From the IMG/VR virus record IMGVR_UViG_3300008116_000002: a stretch of DNA of 64,000 bases. One strand, written 5' to 3'. Below, piece after piece: positions 19,751 through 29,603 of this stretch. Numbering within the stretch: the first letter of the stretch is position 1; each line of letters opens with the position of its first letter. The notes below the pieces were generated by a model. It saw only the letters and a list, made by a program, of their open reading frames with translations, did no database searches and was not told where the DNA came from. This DNA is from a virus. Its lineage: Duplodnaviria > Caudoviricetes. Made by a program: the position numbers and the translations under genes.

Positions 19751-22002
19751 AATCATTTAATCGTTTAAGAGAAGAATCGCTGGAAGAAAAGTTAAAAGCA
19801 TCTGATCCTACAGGAAAATGGATCAGCGATTTTGTTCATAGCGATAATCCTAAATTTGCCGGCAAGAGCAAAAAAGAACGTATTCGTATGGCACTTGGTG
19901 CATCTTATGCTGCCAAACGACAGAACGAAGATAACAATCACATTGTAGAAGCAACACATCGCATTGGTTTAACAGTTACCGACCCTAACCATCCTATGGT
20001 CAGCAAGCGCAAAGAAACCATACAGAAGACTGTGCGTATGCCAGGTGAGGATCGAGAAAATGCCATCAAACGTGCCATTGCTCATTATCGTCGCAAGGGC
20101 TACAAGGTACATGATCATCACTACATTGGTACTGTGAATGAAGAAGTTGAACTTATTGAAAAATATACTGAAAACGATATTGCCAATGGCGGTACAGTTA
20201 TATACAAGCACCAAGGCAAACATTATATGAGCAAGGTGTCGCATAAAACCGGTGCTGGCGCTGGTACTAAAATTCATACTACATCTGCTCTGGGTCATGT
20301 TGTGCCTCTGCACCACGTAGTTTCAACAGATGCATCTGATTGGAACACTTATAAGAACAGACCTGTAAAAGAAGAAGTTGAACAGATTGATGAGTTAAAA
20401 AGATCTACTTTAGCTAGTTATGCCAACAAAGCAGAAAAATCATATCATTCAACTAGCGATGCTAAAACTAAAGCTAAGCGCGATGTTGGATTAGATAGAG
20501 CTGATAGAAAAATAGAAAAGAAAGATAATGCTAAAAATCCATTTAATGAAAATATAGAACAAATTGACGAGTTAAAAAGATCTACTCTCGCTAGTTATGC
20601 GGGTAAAGCAAGTAAAGAGGTTGCCAAATCTCAAAGCTATGCGGCCAAATTTAAAAAAGATTCAGAATTTGAAAGAGACGTTGGGCATCCTTCCAGAGCT
20701 CGTGTATTAGATAAAGAAAGAGATGTAGAATTAAAGCATGCAAAGAAAAGACAAGCTGGCTTTGATAAAGCTCTGACTCGTTTAGCTAAGGAAGAGTCAG
20801 AGCATATACAAGAGGGCGGTTTTGATATTCCAGAAATTCCAAGAGCACCGACCCCAAAGCCTGCACCAAAAGATAAAAATAAAATTGCTGAGGGTTCAAC
20901 ACAAGACAAGTTATATCAACAGCATCAAGCTATTCGCACTGCTAACAAAAGACCAAATCCTGAATATTATAAAGAGCTCGGAATGGCATATGATATTAAG
21001 GATGACAAAGAAAGAATGGCGAAACAAGCTGAAATTAAAAAGAAATATAAAGTAGAAGGCGCTCAATTAGATCAGTTAAAGACTATGCGAGATGATCCTA
21101 AGTGGCAAGAAAATCCTGAGCATAAAGCACAATTAGATAAACGATTTAAGATGGCTAAGGATAGAGCAGACTTAGACAAAGGCGAGGTTGTAGATCCTGC
21201 AGGTAAACCTGTACCCGTTCTTACTCCTGATAAGTTTAAAGAGAAAAATCCTAACTTTATGAAAGAGGAAGGTGATTATCCTCATCAGGGAGTTGGAGTG
21301 AGTAGAAGTATGCAAATGGCTGCGGACATTGCTCGCCAAAAAGCAAGAACTTCTATGATGCAATCCAAATATGGGAACGAGTTTCAGGATAAAGCAATTC
21401 CGGATTATGATGAAGATAAGATGGATTTAAAACCTGGAACCGCACCTGGTACATATCAGGCTACAGTTAGAATGAGAGAAAGAATGAAACAAGAAAGTTT
21501 CTCTTCTCTTAGAAATAAAATTGCTGAAGCTAAAAAAATGAAAGGTGAAGATCCTTGTTGGGATGACTACAAAATGATCGGAACCAAAACGAAAAATGGT
21601 AGAGAAGTTCCTAATTGTGTCCCGAAGGAAAGTGTAGCTGAAGGTAAAGAAGAACAAGAATATGATTATGAGGGAGACATGGCAATGTCTGATTTGCGTT
21701 CAATTTTACACAACGCAAAAACAGTACATGATATGTTAGAACCAAACACAAATATTCCTGAGTGGTGCCAGTCTAAAATTACTTTAGCAGAGGATTATAT
21801 TTCGACCGTGGCAAATTATATGAGAGGTGAGATGACCGAGGAAGCTATTCTTGAGGCATCTAAACCTGGACTATATGCAAATATTCATGCTAAGAGAAAA
21901 AGAATAGCAAAGGGATCCGGTGAGCGTATGAGAAAACCTGGTACCAAAGGAGCTCCTACTGCACAAGCATTTAAAGACTCAGCAAAGACAGCTAAAAAAT
22001 AA
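19747..22002 (+). CDS. large modular prohead-core / internal head protein (putative polyprotein)
   Basis: 751 aa, highly charged, between gp67 and gp68/gp21; many hydrophobic-X-E linkers separate unrelated short modules. Confidence 0.6.
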   Translation: MKSFNRLREESLEEKLKASDPTGKWISDFVHSDNPKFAGKSKKERIRMALGASYAAKRQNEDNNHIVEATHRIGLTVTDPNHPMVSKRKETIQKTVRMPGEDRENAIKRAIAHYRRKGYKVHDHHYIGTVNEEVELIEKYTENDIANGGTVIYKHQGKHYMSKVSHKTGAGAGTKIHTTSALGHVVPLHHVVSTDASDWNTYKNRPVKEEVEQIDELKRSTLASYANKAEKSYHSTSDAKTKAKRDVGLDRADRKIEKKDNAKNPFNENIEQIDELKRSTLASYAGKASKEVAKSQSYAAKFKKDSEFERDVGHPSRARVLDKERDVELKHAKKRQAGFDKALTRLAKEESEHIQEGGFDIPEIPRAPTPKPAPKDKNKIAEGSTQDKLYQQHQAIRTANKRPNPEYYKELGMAYDIKDDKERMAKQAEIKKKYKVEGAQLDQLKTMRDDPKWQENPEHKAQLDKRFKMAKDRADLDKGEVVDPAGKPVPVLTPDKFKEKNPNFMKEEGDYPHQGVGVSRSMQMAADIARQKARTSMMQSKYGNEFQDKAIPDYDEDKMDLKPGTAPGTYQATVRMRERMKQESFSSLRNKIAEAKKMKGEDPCWDDYKMIGTKTKNGREVPNCVPKESVAEGKEEQEYDYEGDMAMSDLRSILHNAKTVHDMLEPNTNIPEWCQSKITLAEDYISTVANYMRGEMTEEAILEASKPGLYANIHAKRKRIAKGSGERMRKPGTKGAPTAQAFKDSAKTAKK
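20380..20600 (+). repeat. two 44-bp direct repeats (20380-20423 and 20557-20600, 40/44 identical) encoding EQIDELKRSTLASYA
   Basis: gaacagattgatgagttaaaaagatctactttagctagttatgc versus gaacaaattgacgagttaaaaagatctactctcgctagttatgc. Confidence 0.9.
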
Positions 22003-22011
22003 GAGGTAATT

Positions 22012-22395
22012 ATGCCAGTAGTTAAAACAGTTCTTAAGAAAGTTAGGCAGCAAGCCGGTATTAAATTAATCGGTGACGGTACTGCTACTATTACTTCTTT
22101 GGATTTAAAATTAGCAGATGAAACTGTAGATCAACCTAATGTGAAGATAACAGTTACTGGCGCGATGTGGACTGCTCCAGGGCCGGTGCCAATTATTATG
22201 ACACGAGATGGTGTTGTTACTCAATACTTCAACGGCAATGATAATTGGTCAATGACTCAGACATTAGGATTTCCTGATACTGCAAATGCCAGTGCAAATA
22301 TTTCAGTTGCGATGCCTGCAAACTCTATGATTTACTTACACCTAACTAAGTTAGATGGATTTGACGAACCGAATCAACAAATTTTACCTAGGTAA
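22012..22395 (+). CDS. prohead core protein, gp68-like position
   Basis: 127 aa immediately upstream of gp21; assignment is mainly positional. Confidence 0.45.
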   Translation: MPVVKTVLKKVRQQAGIKLIGDGTATITSLDLKLADETVDQPNVKITVTGAMWTAPGPVPIIMTRDGVVTQYFNGNDNWSMTQTLGFPDTANASANISVAMPANSMIYLHLTKLDGFDEPNQQILPR

Positions 22396-22400
22396 GAACT

Positions 22401-23051
22401 ATGAAACTAATTAAAGAAACGGCGCATGAATTAAAATATCTTGTCGAAGAAAATAAAAACGGCGGCAAGAATGTTTTTATCGAAGGTATTTTTGCCCAAT
22501 CAGATAAAAAAAATAAAAATAACAGAACTTACGGCAAATCTATTATGGAGCGTGAGGTAGAAAAGTACCAAGAGCTTATCGGTCAAAAGAGATCGTTAGG
22601 TGAATTGGGACACCCTGATAATCCATCTATTAACCTACACCAGGTATCACATCTAATTACTTCTCTAAACATGGAAGGTAACGATGTAATTGGTAGAGCT
22701 AAAATTTTAGAAACACCTATGGGAACCATCGCAAAGAACTTAATTGAGAATGGTGTACAATTGGGTGTATCTACTAGAGGTTTGGGTTCGTTAAAAATGA
22801 ACTCGGAGGGCGTCAACGAAGTGCAGGATGATTTTCATCTAGCAACCGTTGATATTGTGGCTGACCCATCTGCCCCGGATGCTTTTGTACAAGGCATTAT
22901 GGAATCCGCAGAATGGATACTAGATAATGGCGTTTGGAAGGCGGTGCATATTGAAGCTGCCCAAAAACAAATTAGAAAGACTTCTAGTAAAAATCTAGAA
23001 GAGGAAAAATTAAAAATATTTGAGCAATTCTTATCTCATCTGTCTAGATAA
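22401..23051 (+). CDS. gp21: prohead core protease gp21
   Basis: FIEGIFAQS...KNKNNRTY...GELGHP...VSHLIT...GVSTRGLGS...DIVADPSAPDAFV. Confidence 0.96.
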   Translation: MKLIKETAHELKYLVEENKNGGKNVFIEGIFAQSDKKNKNNRTYGKSIMEREVEKYQELIGQKRSLGELGHPDNPSINLHQVSHLITSLNMEGNDVIGRAKILETPMGTIAKNLIENGVQLGVSTRGLGSLKMNSEGVNEVQDDFHLATVDIVADPSAPDAFVQGIMESAEWILDNGVWKAVHIEAAQKQIRKTSSKNLEEEKLKIFEQFLSHLSR

Positions 23052-23058
23052 CTAGAAT

Positions 23059-23066
23059 TATAAATA
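23059..23066 (+). promoter_or_regulatory. T4-type late promoter for gp22
   Basis: Exact TATAAATA in the gp21/gp22 gap. Confidence 0.85.
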
Positions 23067-23101
23067 ATGATTGAGTATATTCATACAGTTAGGAGACTCT
23101 A

Positions 23102-24265
23102 ATGTCAGTAGAAAGCAAAATTAAGGAATTGCTAGGACGCGTGGATGTGAAAGCTTCGTTGAACGAAGCCGAGCAAATGGGCGCATCTAGTGTAAGTAAA
23201 GATTCCTCAATCAGTCCTAAAAATAGTGGAGATTCTTCTTCGCCTAAACAGGGTGATTCCGAAGACGCATCCTACGAGGAAAGAAACGAAAAGGACGCCA
23301 ACCAGGGCGCAATTACAGCAAAGGGTATTTCTAAAAATACTATTGCTATGAAGGCACCTGTAGGAGACGCTCCTAACTTCACTACAGTTCAAGGCACACC
23401 GAACCTAGGTGCTGATTGGCCGGCTATTCCAATGAATTCAGGAATTCGCGAGGAAGAAGAAGTCGAGGAAGAAGAAATTATCATCGAAGATGATGAGGTA
23501 ACAGATGAAACTGTTGCTGAGGATACAGAAGAAAATCTGCAGGTAGATATTTCCGCAATCTTTGGCGAAGATCTTTCCGAAGAGTTTAAGCAAAAAGCAA
23601 GCTCCATTTTCGAAGCAGCAGTTATTGCTAAAGTAAATGACGAAATGGAAAGAGTAACTCAGGCTTTAGAAGAAAGATATTCTGCGGAGTTTGAAGAATA
23701 CAAAGAAGGTATTGTTGAGAAGGTTGACGCATACCTAAACTATGTAGTTGAGAACTACATGGAAGAAAACAAACTTGCAGTTGAACAGGGACTACGTACA
23801 GAAATCGCTGAAGATTTCATGGCTGGTCTCAAGGTACTCTTTAAAGAACATTACATTGAAGTGCCTGAAGAAAAATATGATGTGATAGGTGATCTACAGA
23901 GCAAGGTAACAGAGTTAGAAGAAGGTCTAAACTATCAACTAGAGCAAAACGTTTCTTTAAATGCAGAAGTAATTTCTCTAAGAAAAAATGCTATCGTTGC
24001 TGAAATGAGCAAAGATCTAGCACATACTGATGCTAAGAGACTGTCAAAGCTTCTAGAAGGCGTTGACTTCGATAACGAAGGACTTTACAAGGAAAAGGTT
24101 GCTGTTATTAAAGAAAATTATTTCTCAGTAACAGACATTAAAAAGCCATCAGAAATGATGACACAACCTTTACTGGAAGAAACTACCGTTCAAGAAAGCT
24201 TTGAATCTAACGATGCTGTATCTTCGTATGCTAAAGCCTTATCAAGAACAATTAAAAGAGTATAA
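23102..24265 (+). CDS. gp22: prohead scaffold protein gp22
   Basis: LSEEFKQKASSIFEAAV...VDAYLNYVVENYMEENKLAVEQGLRTEIAEDFMAGLKVLFKEHYIEVPEEKYDV. Confidence 0.93.
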   Translation: MSVESKIKELLGRVDVKASLNEAEQMGASSVSKDSSISPKNSGDSSSPKQGDSEDASYEERNEKDANQGAITAKGISKNTIAMKAPVGDAPNFTTVQGTPNLGADWPAIPMNSGIREEEEVEEEEIIIEDDEVTDETVAEDTEENLQVDISAIFGEDLSEEFKQKASSIFEAAVIAKVNDEMERVTQALEERYSAEFEEYKEGIVEKVDAYLNYVVENYMEENKLAVEQGLRTEIAEDFMAGLKVLFKEHYIEVPEEKYDVIGDLQSKVTELEEGLNYQLEQNVSLNAEVISLRKNAIVAEMSKDLAHTDAKRLSKLLEGVDFDNEGLYKEKVAVIKENYFSVTDIKKPSEMMTQPLLEETTVQESFESNDAVSSYAKALSRTIKRV

Positions 24266-24267
24266 CT

Positions 24268-24275
24268 TATAAATA
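24268..24275 (+). promoter_or_regulatory. T4-type late promoter for gp23
   Basis: Exact TATAAATA right after the gp22 stop. Confidence 0.85.
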
Positions 24276-24304
24276 CATATAAGTTGTAAAAAAAGGAGAA
24301 TCAA

Positions 24305-25597
24305 ATGTTTTTATCCGAGAACTATCAAAAGAAATGGGAAGCGATCCTAGATCACCCAGATCTTCCACAAATTAAAGATTCTTACAAGCGTGCTGTTACC
24401 GCAGTATTGCTAGAGAATCAGGAAAAGTCTTTACGTGAAGAGCGTCAAGCACTATTCGAAACCCCAGTAAATAACATCAGCGCAACTGATGGTATTCAAA
24501 AGTATGACCCAATTCTTATTGGTCTAGTACGTCGTGCAATGCCTAACCTAATGGCTTATGACATTTGCGGCGTTCAGCCAATGACAGGTCCTACTGGACT
24601 AATTTTTGCGATGAGATCGCTATACGGCGGAACAACAGATACACGTGCTAATACCAGCACTCGTACTGAAGCATTGTTCAACGAAGCTAACACAAGCTTC
24701 TCCGGCGATTTCACAAACGCAACAGGCAACAATCCAGTTGACGGCACATATAACATAGGTCGCCCAATTAGCACCGGCACAATGGAAGCTAAGAGTGACT
24801 ATGCTGAAATGTCGTTCTCGATCGATAAGACAACAGTTACTGCTAAGTCACGTGCATTAAAGGCTGAGTACACTGTTGAATTGGCACAAGACTTAAAAGC
24901 AATTCATGGTCTTGATGCTGAGGCAGAACTATCGAACATCCTCTCGCAAGAGTTTATGTTTGAAATCAACCGCGAGATTGTTCGTACAATCTACAAAGTT
25001 GCTAAAGCAGGTTCGCCATCGACAGCAACTGCTGGAACTTTCGACTTAGACATCGATTCAAACGGACGTTGGTCTGTTGAGCGTTTCAAAGGTCTTCTAT
25101 TCAATATCGAACGTGATGCTAACCACATTGCTCAAGATACTCGTAGAGGAAAAGGTAACTTCATCGTTTGCTCCGCAGACGTTGCAAGTGCATTAGCTAT
25201 GTCGGGCGTTCTAGATTACGCTCCAGCATTAAGCACAAACCTAAATGTCGACGACACTGGCAATACTTTCGCAGGTGTTCTAAACGGTCGCTATCGTGTT
25301 TACATCGACCCATATTCGGCTAACCTAGGTGCAAGCAACCAGTTCTACATGGTTGGTTACAAAGGCGCAAGCCCATATGATGCAGGTATGTTCTATTGCC
25401 CATATGTTCCTCTACAAATGGTACGTGCAATTGATCCTAACAGCTTCCAGCCAAAGATCGGCTTCAAGACACGTTACGGTCTAATTGCTAACCCATATGT
25501 AACATCGGCAAATGGTTTATCGGATTCGGATGCAGATAATTTTACTGCAGATCGTAACCAATACTACCGTCGTACAAAGGTTGTTAACCTAATGTAA
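24305..25597 (+). CDS. gp23: major capsid protein gp23
   Basis: LVRRAMPNLMAYDICGVQPMTGPTGLIFAMR, KSRALKAEYTVELAQDLKAIHGLDAE, YCPYVPLQM...FQPKIGFKTRYG. Confidence 0.98.
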   Translation: MFLSENYQKKWEAILDHPDLPQIKDSYKRAVTAVLLENQEKSLREERQALFETPVNNISATDGIQKYDPILIGLVRRAMPNLMAYDICGVQPMTGPTGLIFAMRSLYGGTTDTRANTSTRTEALFNEANTSFSGDFTNATGNNPVDGTYNIGRPISTGTMEAKSDYAEMSFSIDKTTVTAKSRALKAEYTVELAQDLKAIHGLDAEAELSNILSQEFMFEINREIVRTIYKVAKAGSPSTATAGTFDLDIDSNGRWSVERFKGLLFNIERDANHIAQDTRRGKGNFIVCSADVASALAMSGVLDYAPALSTNLNVDDTGNTFAGVLNGRYRVYIDPYSANLGASNQFYMVGYKGASPYDAGMFYCPYVPLQMVRAIDPNSFQPKIGFKTRYGLIANPYVTSANGLSDSDADNFTADRNQYYRRTKVVNLM

Positions 25598-25621
25598 TAA
25601 ACCGACGTTAAGATCGGACTT

Positions 25622-25647
25622 AAGGGGGAAGAAATTCCCCCTTTTTT
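25622..25647 (+). terminator. Rho-independent terminator after gp23
   Basis: AAGGGGGAA-GAAA-TTCCCCCTT stem-loop followed by a T run. Confidence 0.9.
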
Positions 25648-25662
25648 ATTGTATTACGCGGC

Positions 25663-25670
25663 TATAAATA
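25663..25670 (+). promoter_or_regulatory. T4-type late promoter for gp3 and downstream genes
   Basis: Exact TATAAATA just after the gp23 terminator. Confidence 0.85.
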
Positions 25671-25692
25671 ATAGTAATAAGTAAGGAGAAGT

Positions 25693-26280
25693 ATGGCGTT
25701 TACTGCAAATATTGGCGAAATTAAACAGAGCTTAGTAAGCAGCGTTGCAACAACGTATGATTATCTAAGACCAAACGCCTTTAGATTTAGTATTAAGGAT
25801 TTGCCAAGAACTTCCTTTACTTGTCAATCCGCAAATCTTCCAGATATGCAATTAGGATTTGCAACACAACCTACACCTTTTGTTGACATTCCTACAATAG
25901 GTGATAAAATAAACTTCGGAGAATTCACCATCAGATTTTTGGTTTCCGAGGATATGTCAAATTATTTAGAATTGTATCGTTGGTTATTAGCTCTTGGATT
26001 TCCAAATGATTATAATCAATTTAAAGCTTTTACCGAAAAACGGCCAAGTAGATTTCCATTTGTTACTAAATTAAATGGACAGGAAGAAGTTTTGGCATAC
26101 TCGGATGGTACTTTGACTATTTTAGACTCGACAAATAATCCTAAAGTTAATATAATATTTAAAAATCTGTTCCCTATATCATTGCAAAGTTTAGATTTTG
26201 ATATCGCATCACAAACCGTAGAATACTTTACTGCAATTGCCACATTTAAGTATACATTTTTCGAAGTAGAACCTTTATAA
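25693..26280 (+). CDS. gp3: tail completion / tube terminator gp3-like
   Basis: YLRPNAFRFSI...FTCQSANLP...GDKINFGEFTIRFLVSEDMSNYLELYRW...SDGTLTILDS. Confidence 0.8.
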   Translation: MAFTANIGEIKQSLVSSVATTYDYLRPNAFRFSIKDLPRTSFTCQSANLPDMQLGFATQPTPFVDIPTIGDKINFGEFTIRFLVSEDMSNYLELYRWLLALGFPNDYNQFKAFTEKRPSRFPFVTKLNGQEEVLAYSDGTLTILDSTNNPKVNIIFKNLFPISLQSLDFDIASQTVEYFTAIATFKYTFFEVEPL

Positions 26281-26295
26281 TAAATTGGAGTTATT

Positions 26296-27174
26296 ATGAA
26301 TAAAAAAGTAAAACCAATGCCGTTGCCTTCTATTCCTCAGTTGCCAAAAGCAGGAGAAGCACAGCAAGCTCAAAACCAGGGACGTCTTGAAGTAAAAATT
26401 GATGATTTGAGAAAAGAAAGAATTTTCATTGCAACTCCTTGCTATGGAGGCCAACTAACTGAGGCGTATTTTAGATCGACAATTCGACTTCTAACATTCT
26501 GCAATCAACATCAAATTCCTGTAGCATTCGGAACGATTGCAAATGAATCTTTAGTTACCCGTGCAAGAAATGTACTTGTAGCATATTTTCTACAAAGCAA
26601 CTTTACCCGCCTAATGTTCATTGATGCGGATATTGAATTTCAACTTGAAGATGTTATCAAGTTAATTGCACATGACAAAGATGTTGTTGTTGGTGCATAT
26701 CCTAAGAAAGGTGTTAATTGGCAGCGTATTCGTGAAAGCGTACGAGGAACACATGATTCTTTAGATGATAAGCAAATTGCTTCTTTTGGGAGTGACTATG
26801 CTATTAATTTTAAATTCATTAATCGTGATGCAAAACAGATTGCTATTGAGAACGGTCTAATTCGTTTACATGACGGTGCAACAGGCTTCATGATGATTAA
26901 GCGCGAAGTCATTGATAAAATGATTGAAGCATATCCTGAACTTAAATACAACAACGATCTAAATACTCCTAAAGAATTGGATCCCCACTTCTATGCTTTC
27001 TTCGACACAATGATCGATCCGAAAGACAAGCGTTATCTTTCTGAGGATTATACCTTCAGCCGTAGATGGCAAGACATCGGCGGAGAAATTTGGCTTGATC
27101 CTTCAATCTCCCTAAACCACTATGGTTCATTCAACTTCCAAGGTAATCCTTCGCAAATTATTCAAGTAGGATAA
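26296..27174 (+). CDS. GT-A fold glycosyltransferase-like protein
   Basis: IFIATPCYGG...ESLVTRARN...LMFIDADIEF (DxD)...ATGFMMIKR...YLSEDYTFSRRW. Confidence 0.7.
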   Translation: MNKKVKPMPLPSIPQLPKAGEAQQAQNQGRLEVKIDDLRKERIFIATPCYGGQLTEAYFRSTIRLLTFCNQHQIPVAFGTIANESLVTRARNVLVAYFLQSNFTRLMFIDADIEFQLEDVIKLIAHDKDVVVGAYPKKGVNWQRIRESVRGTHDSLDDKQIASFGSDYAINFKFINRDAKQIAIENGLIRLHDGATGFMMIKREVIDKMIEAYPELKYNNDLNTPKELDPHFYAFFDTMIDPKDKRYLSEDYTFSRRWQDIGGEIWLDPSISLNHYGSFNFQGNPSQIIQVG

Positions 27175-27175
27175 T

Positions 27176-27616
27176 ATGAAACTTACTGATCTGCAGCAAG
27201 CTTGGGCAGAGGATTGTAAAATAGATGAAATGAATCTTGGAAAGGAGTCCGCAAGGACTCCTAATCTACATTCTAAGTATTTAAATTATCTAACTTCTAC
27301 CCGGCTTAATTTAAGAAAAGCTGAATCAGATTATTTTAATATGAGGCGGCTTAAGTACAAATACTATCGGGGCGAACTTACTCAAGAAGAGCTTGTAGAT
27401 ACAGGATGGGTACAGTGGCAAGGAAACAAACCATTAAAAAATGAAATGGACGAGTTTCTGCAATGCGATAAAGACTTAATTGAATTGCAGGATAAAATTG
27501 AATATTTCAAAACAGTACTATATCAGTTGGAACAAATTATTCGTTCCTTAAATAGTAGAACATGGGATATTAAAAACTGCATCGAGTGGAACAAATTTAC
27601 TAGCGGTATGATTTAA
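27176..27616 (+). CDS. uvsY: recombination mediator UvsY
   Basis: WAEDCKID...PNLHSKYL...KYKYYRGEL...RTWDIKNCIEW; precedes uvsW. Confidence 0.88.
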   Translation: MKLTDLQQAWAEDCKIDEMNLGKESARTPNLHSKYLNYLTSTRLNLRKAESDYFNMRRLKYKYYRGELTQEELVDTGWVQWQGNKPLKNEMDEFLQCDKDLIELQDKIEYFKTVLYQLEQIIRSLNSRTWDIKNCIEWNKFTSGMI

Positions 27617-29103
27617 TGACAGCAGAAGATATCATAGTAGTTAAAAAAGACGAAGTACATGTAAAAGTTTATTGTGAGCCTTCTATTGCACAAGAACTTA
27701 ATGATTACTTCTCCTTTGATGTACCGGGAGCAAAATTTCATCCATTGTACAAATCTCGTATGTGGGATGGTAAGGTTAGATTGTTCTCAATGTTTACCAA
27801 AGAAATATATGCTGGTCTAAAAGATTATGTAGAGACATTTGCGAAGGAAAGAGAATATTCTTATAAAGATGCAGTAACTCCTGTATTCAAAGATCCTGTT
27901 ACATATGAAGATATAGAACAGTTCTGCAAAGAATTAAATCTCGCTTCTAGAGGACAACCTATCGAAATACGAGAATACCAAATAGAAGCGGTATATAGAG
28001 CTATTGCAGATGGAAGAAGATTATTGCTTTCACCAACTGGTTCAGGTAAGTCTTTAATCATATATTGCTTAATTCGATGGCATGAAAAGTTTGGTCGAAG
28101 ACAAGTAATTCTTGTTCCTACTACCTCATTAGTTGAACAGATGTATTCAGACTTTCAAGACTATTCTTCAATTAATGGTTGGAAGGCATCTAATCATTGC
28201 CATAGAATTTATGGTGGCCATGAAAAATCAAATGAGTTTGATGTAGTTATTAGTACATGGCAATCTTTATATAAATTACCAAAAAGTTTCTTTGAAGGGT
28301 TTCAAACAATATATGGCGACGAAGCTCATTTATTCAAGGCAAAGTCCTTAACCAGTATTCTAAATAAATGTACAGGTTCTCCTTACCGCATTGGCACAAC
28401 AGGAACTTTGGATGGAACTAAAACTCACAGATTAGTTCTTGAGGGAATATTTGGGCCTGTTCTAAAAGTCACAACAACAAAACAACTTATTTCTGATAAG
28501 ACTTTAGCTGATCTTAAAATTTTTAATATTATTTTAGAATATCCTGACGAAATAAAAAAAGCGGTTAAGAAGAATACCTATCAAGAAGAAATGGACTTTC
28601 TTGTTCAACATGAACCAAGAAATAAGTTTATACGAAATCTTGCATTGAAACAAACTAATAATACCTTAGTACTTTTTCAGTTTGTAGAAAAACACGGCAA
28701 AGCTCTTTTTGAAATGATACAACAAAAAGAGCCCGAAAGAAAAGTGTTTTTTGTATATGGTGGAACAGATGCAGAGCAAAGAGAGGAAATACGAGGATTG
28801 ACAGAGAAAGAAAAGAATGCTATTATTGTGGCATCATATGGAACATTTTCTACGGGGATAAATATTAAAAACCTACATAGCATAATTTTTGCTTCTCCTT
28901 CAAAGTCTCGTATACGTAATTTGCAATCTATTGGTCGAGGTTTGCGAACAAGTGAAAATAAAGAAGCTTGTACTTTATATGATATCGGTGATGATTTAAC
29001 TTGGAAAACGAAAAAGAATTATACCTTATTACATATGATAGAAAGAATTAAAATTTATAATGATGAACACTTCAATTATAAAATCATAAAGGTATCATTA
29101 TAA
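27616..29103 (+). CDS. uvsW: SF2 helicase UvsW
   Basis: SPTGSGKS, VPTTSLVEQM, GDEAHLFKAKS, IFASPSKSRIRNLQSIGRGLR. Confidence 0.96.
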   Translation: MTAEDIIVVKKDEVHVKVYCEPSIAQELNDYFSFDVPGAKFHPLYKSRMWDGKVRLFSMFTKEIYAGLKDYVETFAKEREYSYKDAVTPVFKDPVTYEDIEQFCKELNLASRGQPIEIREYQIEAVYRAIADGRRLLLSPTGSGKSLIIYCLIRWHEKFGRRQVILVPTTSLVEQMYSDFQDYSSINGWKASNHCHRIYGGHEKSNEFDVVISTWQSLYKLPKSFFEGFQTIYGDEAHLFKAKSLTSILNKCTGSPYRIGTTGTLDGTKTHRLVLEGIFGPVLKVTTTKQLISDKTLADLKIFNIILEYPDEIKKAVKKNTYQEEMDFLVQHEPRNKFIRNLALKQTNNTLVLFQFVEKHGKALFEMIQQKEPERKVFFVYGGTDAEQREEIRGLTEKEKNAIIVASYGTFSTGINIKNLHSIIFASPSKSRIRNLQSIGRGLRTSENKEACTLYDIGDDLTWKTKKNYTLLHMIERIKIYNDEHFNYKIIKVSL

Positions 29104-29603
29104 TGGAACAATCAAACGTCGTACTCATAAAATTAATAACAGGCGAAAATGTTGTCTGCGAAACAAATGAGGATTGCGATTCTTATATCGAAAAAAAGTT
29201 TATTGATATCTACAATCCTGTGTTGGTAAATGTTTTAAGAATGCCAAGGGGAACTAATCTTGTAGAATCCTATATTATGATGCCCTGGGTAGGATTCGCA
29301 AAAACAGATTTTTGTAGAATAGCTGCAGATAAAGTTATTACTTTAGTAGATGTAGAAGATGGTATACGAGATAACTATATAGATTTTGTAGAAAGACGTA
29401 AAGAAGAACAGGAGGAGGATTCTGAGGATGAAGGCGGTGTTAAGTTTTTAGAATCCCCAAATGAAACAGAAATGGAAATTGAAGAATTTCTTGAACAAGC
29501 CTTAGAAAAATTAGGAGATAACCTTGAAGAAGACGAAGAATACGATGGAAGAGAAGATTCCTATTTTGGAAGAGTTAGAAGAAGTACAAGAACTCTCCAC
29601 TAA
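29103..29603 (+). CDS. conserved hypothetical protein upstream of gp55 (Sm-like N-terminus, acidic tail)
   Basis: LIKLITGENVVC...NPV...MMPW pattern typical of the uvsW-gp55 spacer gene. Confidence 0.55.
   Translation: MEQSNVVLIKLITGENVVCETNEDCDSYIEKKFIDIYNPVLVNVLRMPRGTNLVESYIMMPWVGFAKTDFCRIAADKVITLVDVEDGIRDNYIDFVERRKEEQEEDSEDEGGVKFLESPNETEMEIEEFLEQALEKLGDNLEEDEEYDGREDSYFGRVRRSTRTLH

Noticed and set aside
23444-23500. Glu-rich low-complexity run in gp22 (IREEEEVEEEEIIIEDDE)
   Set aside because: Normal acidic, protease-cleaved linker of T4-like scaffold proteins
12881-25597. Introns or inteins in gp17, gp20, gp23 (also gp46 and uvsW)
   Set aside because: The ORFs are continuous and of normal length, with no intein C1/HN motifs
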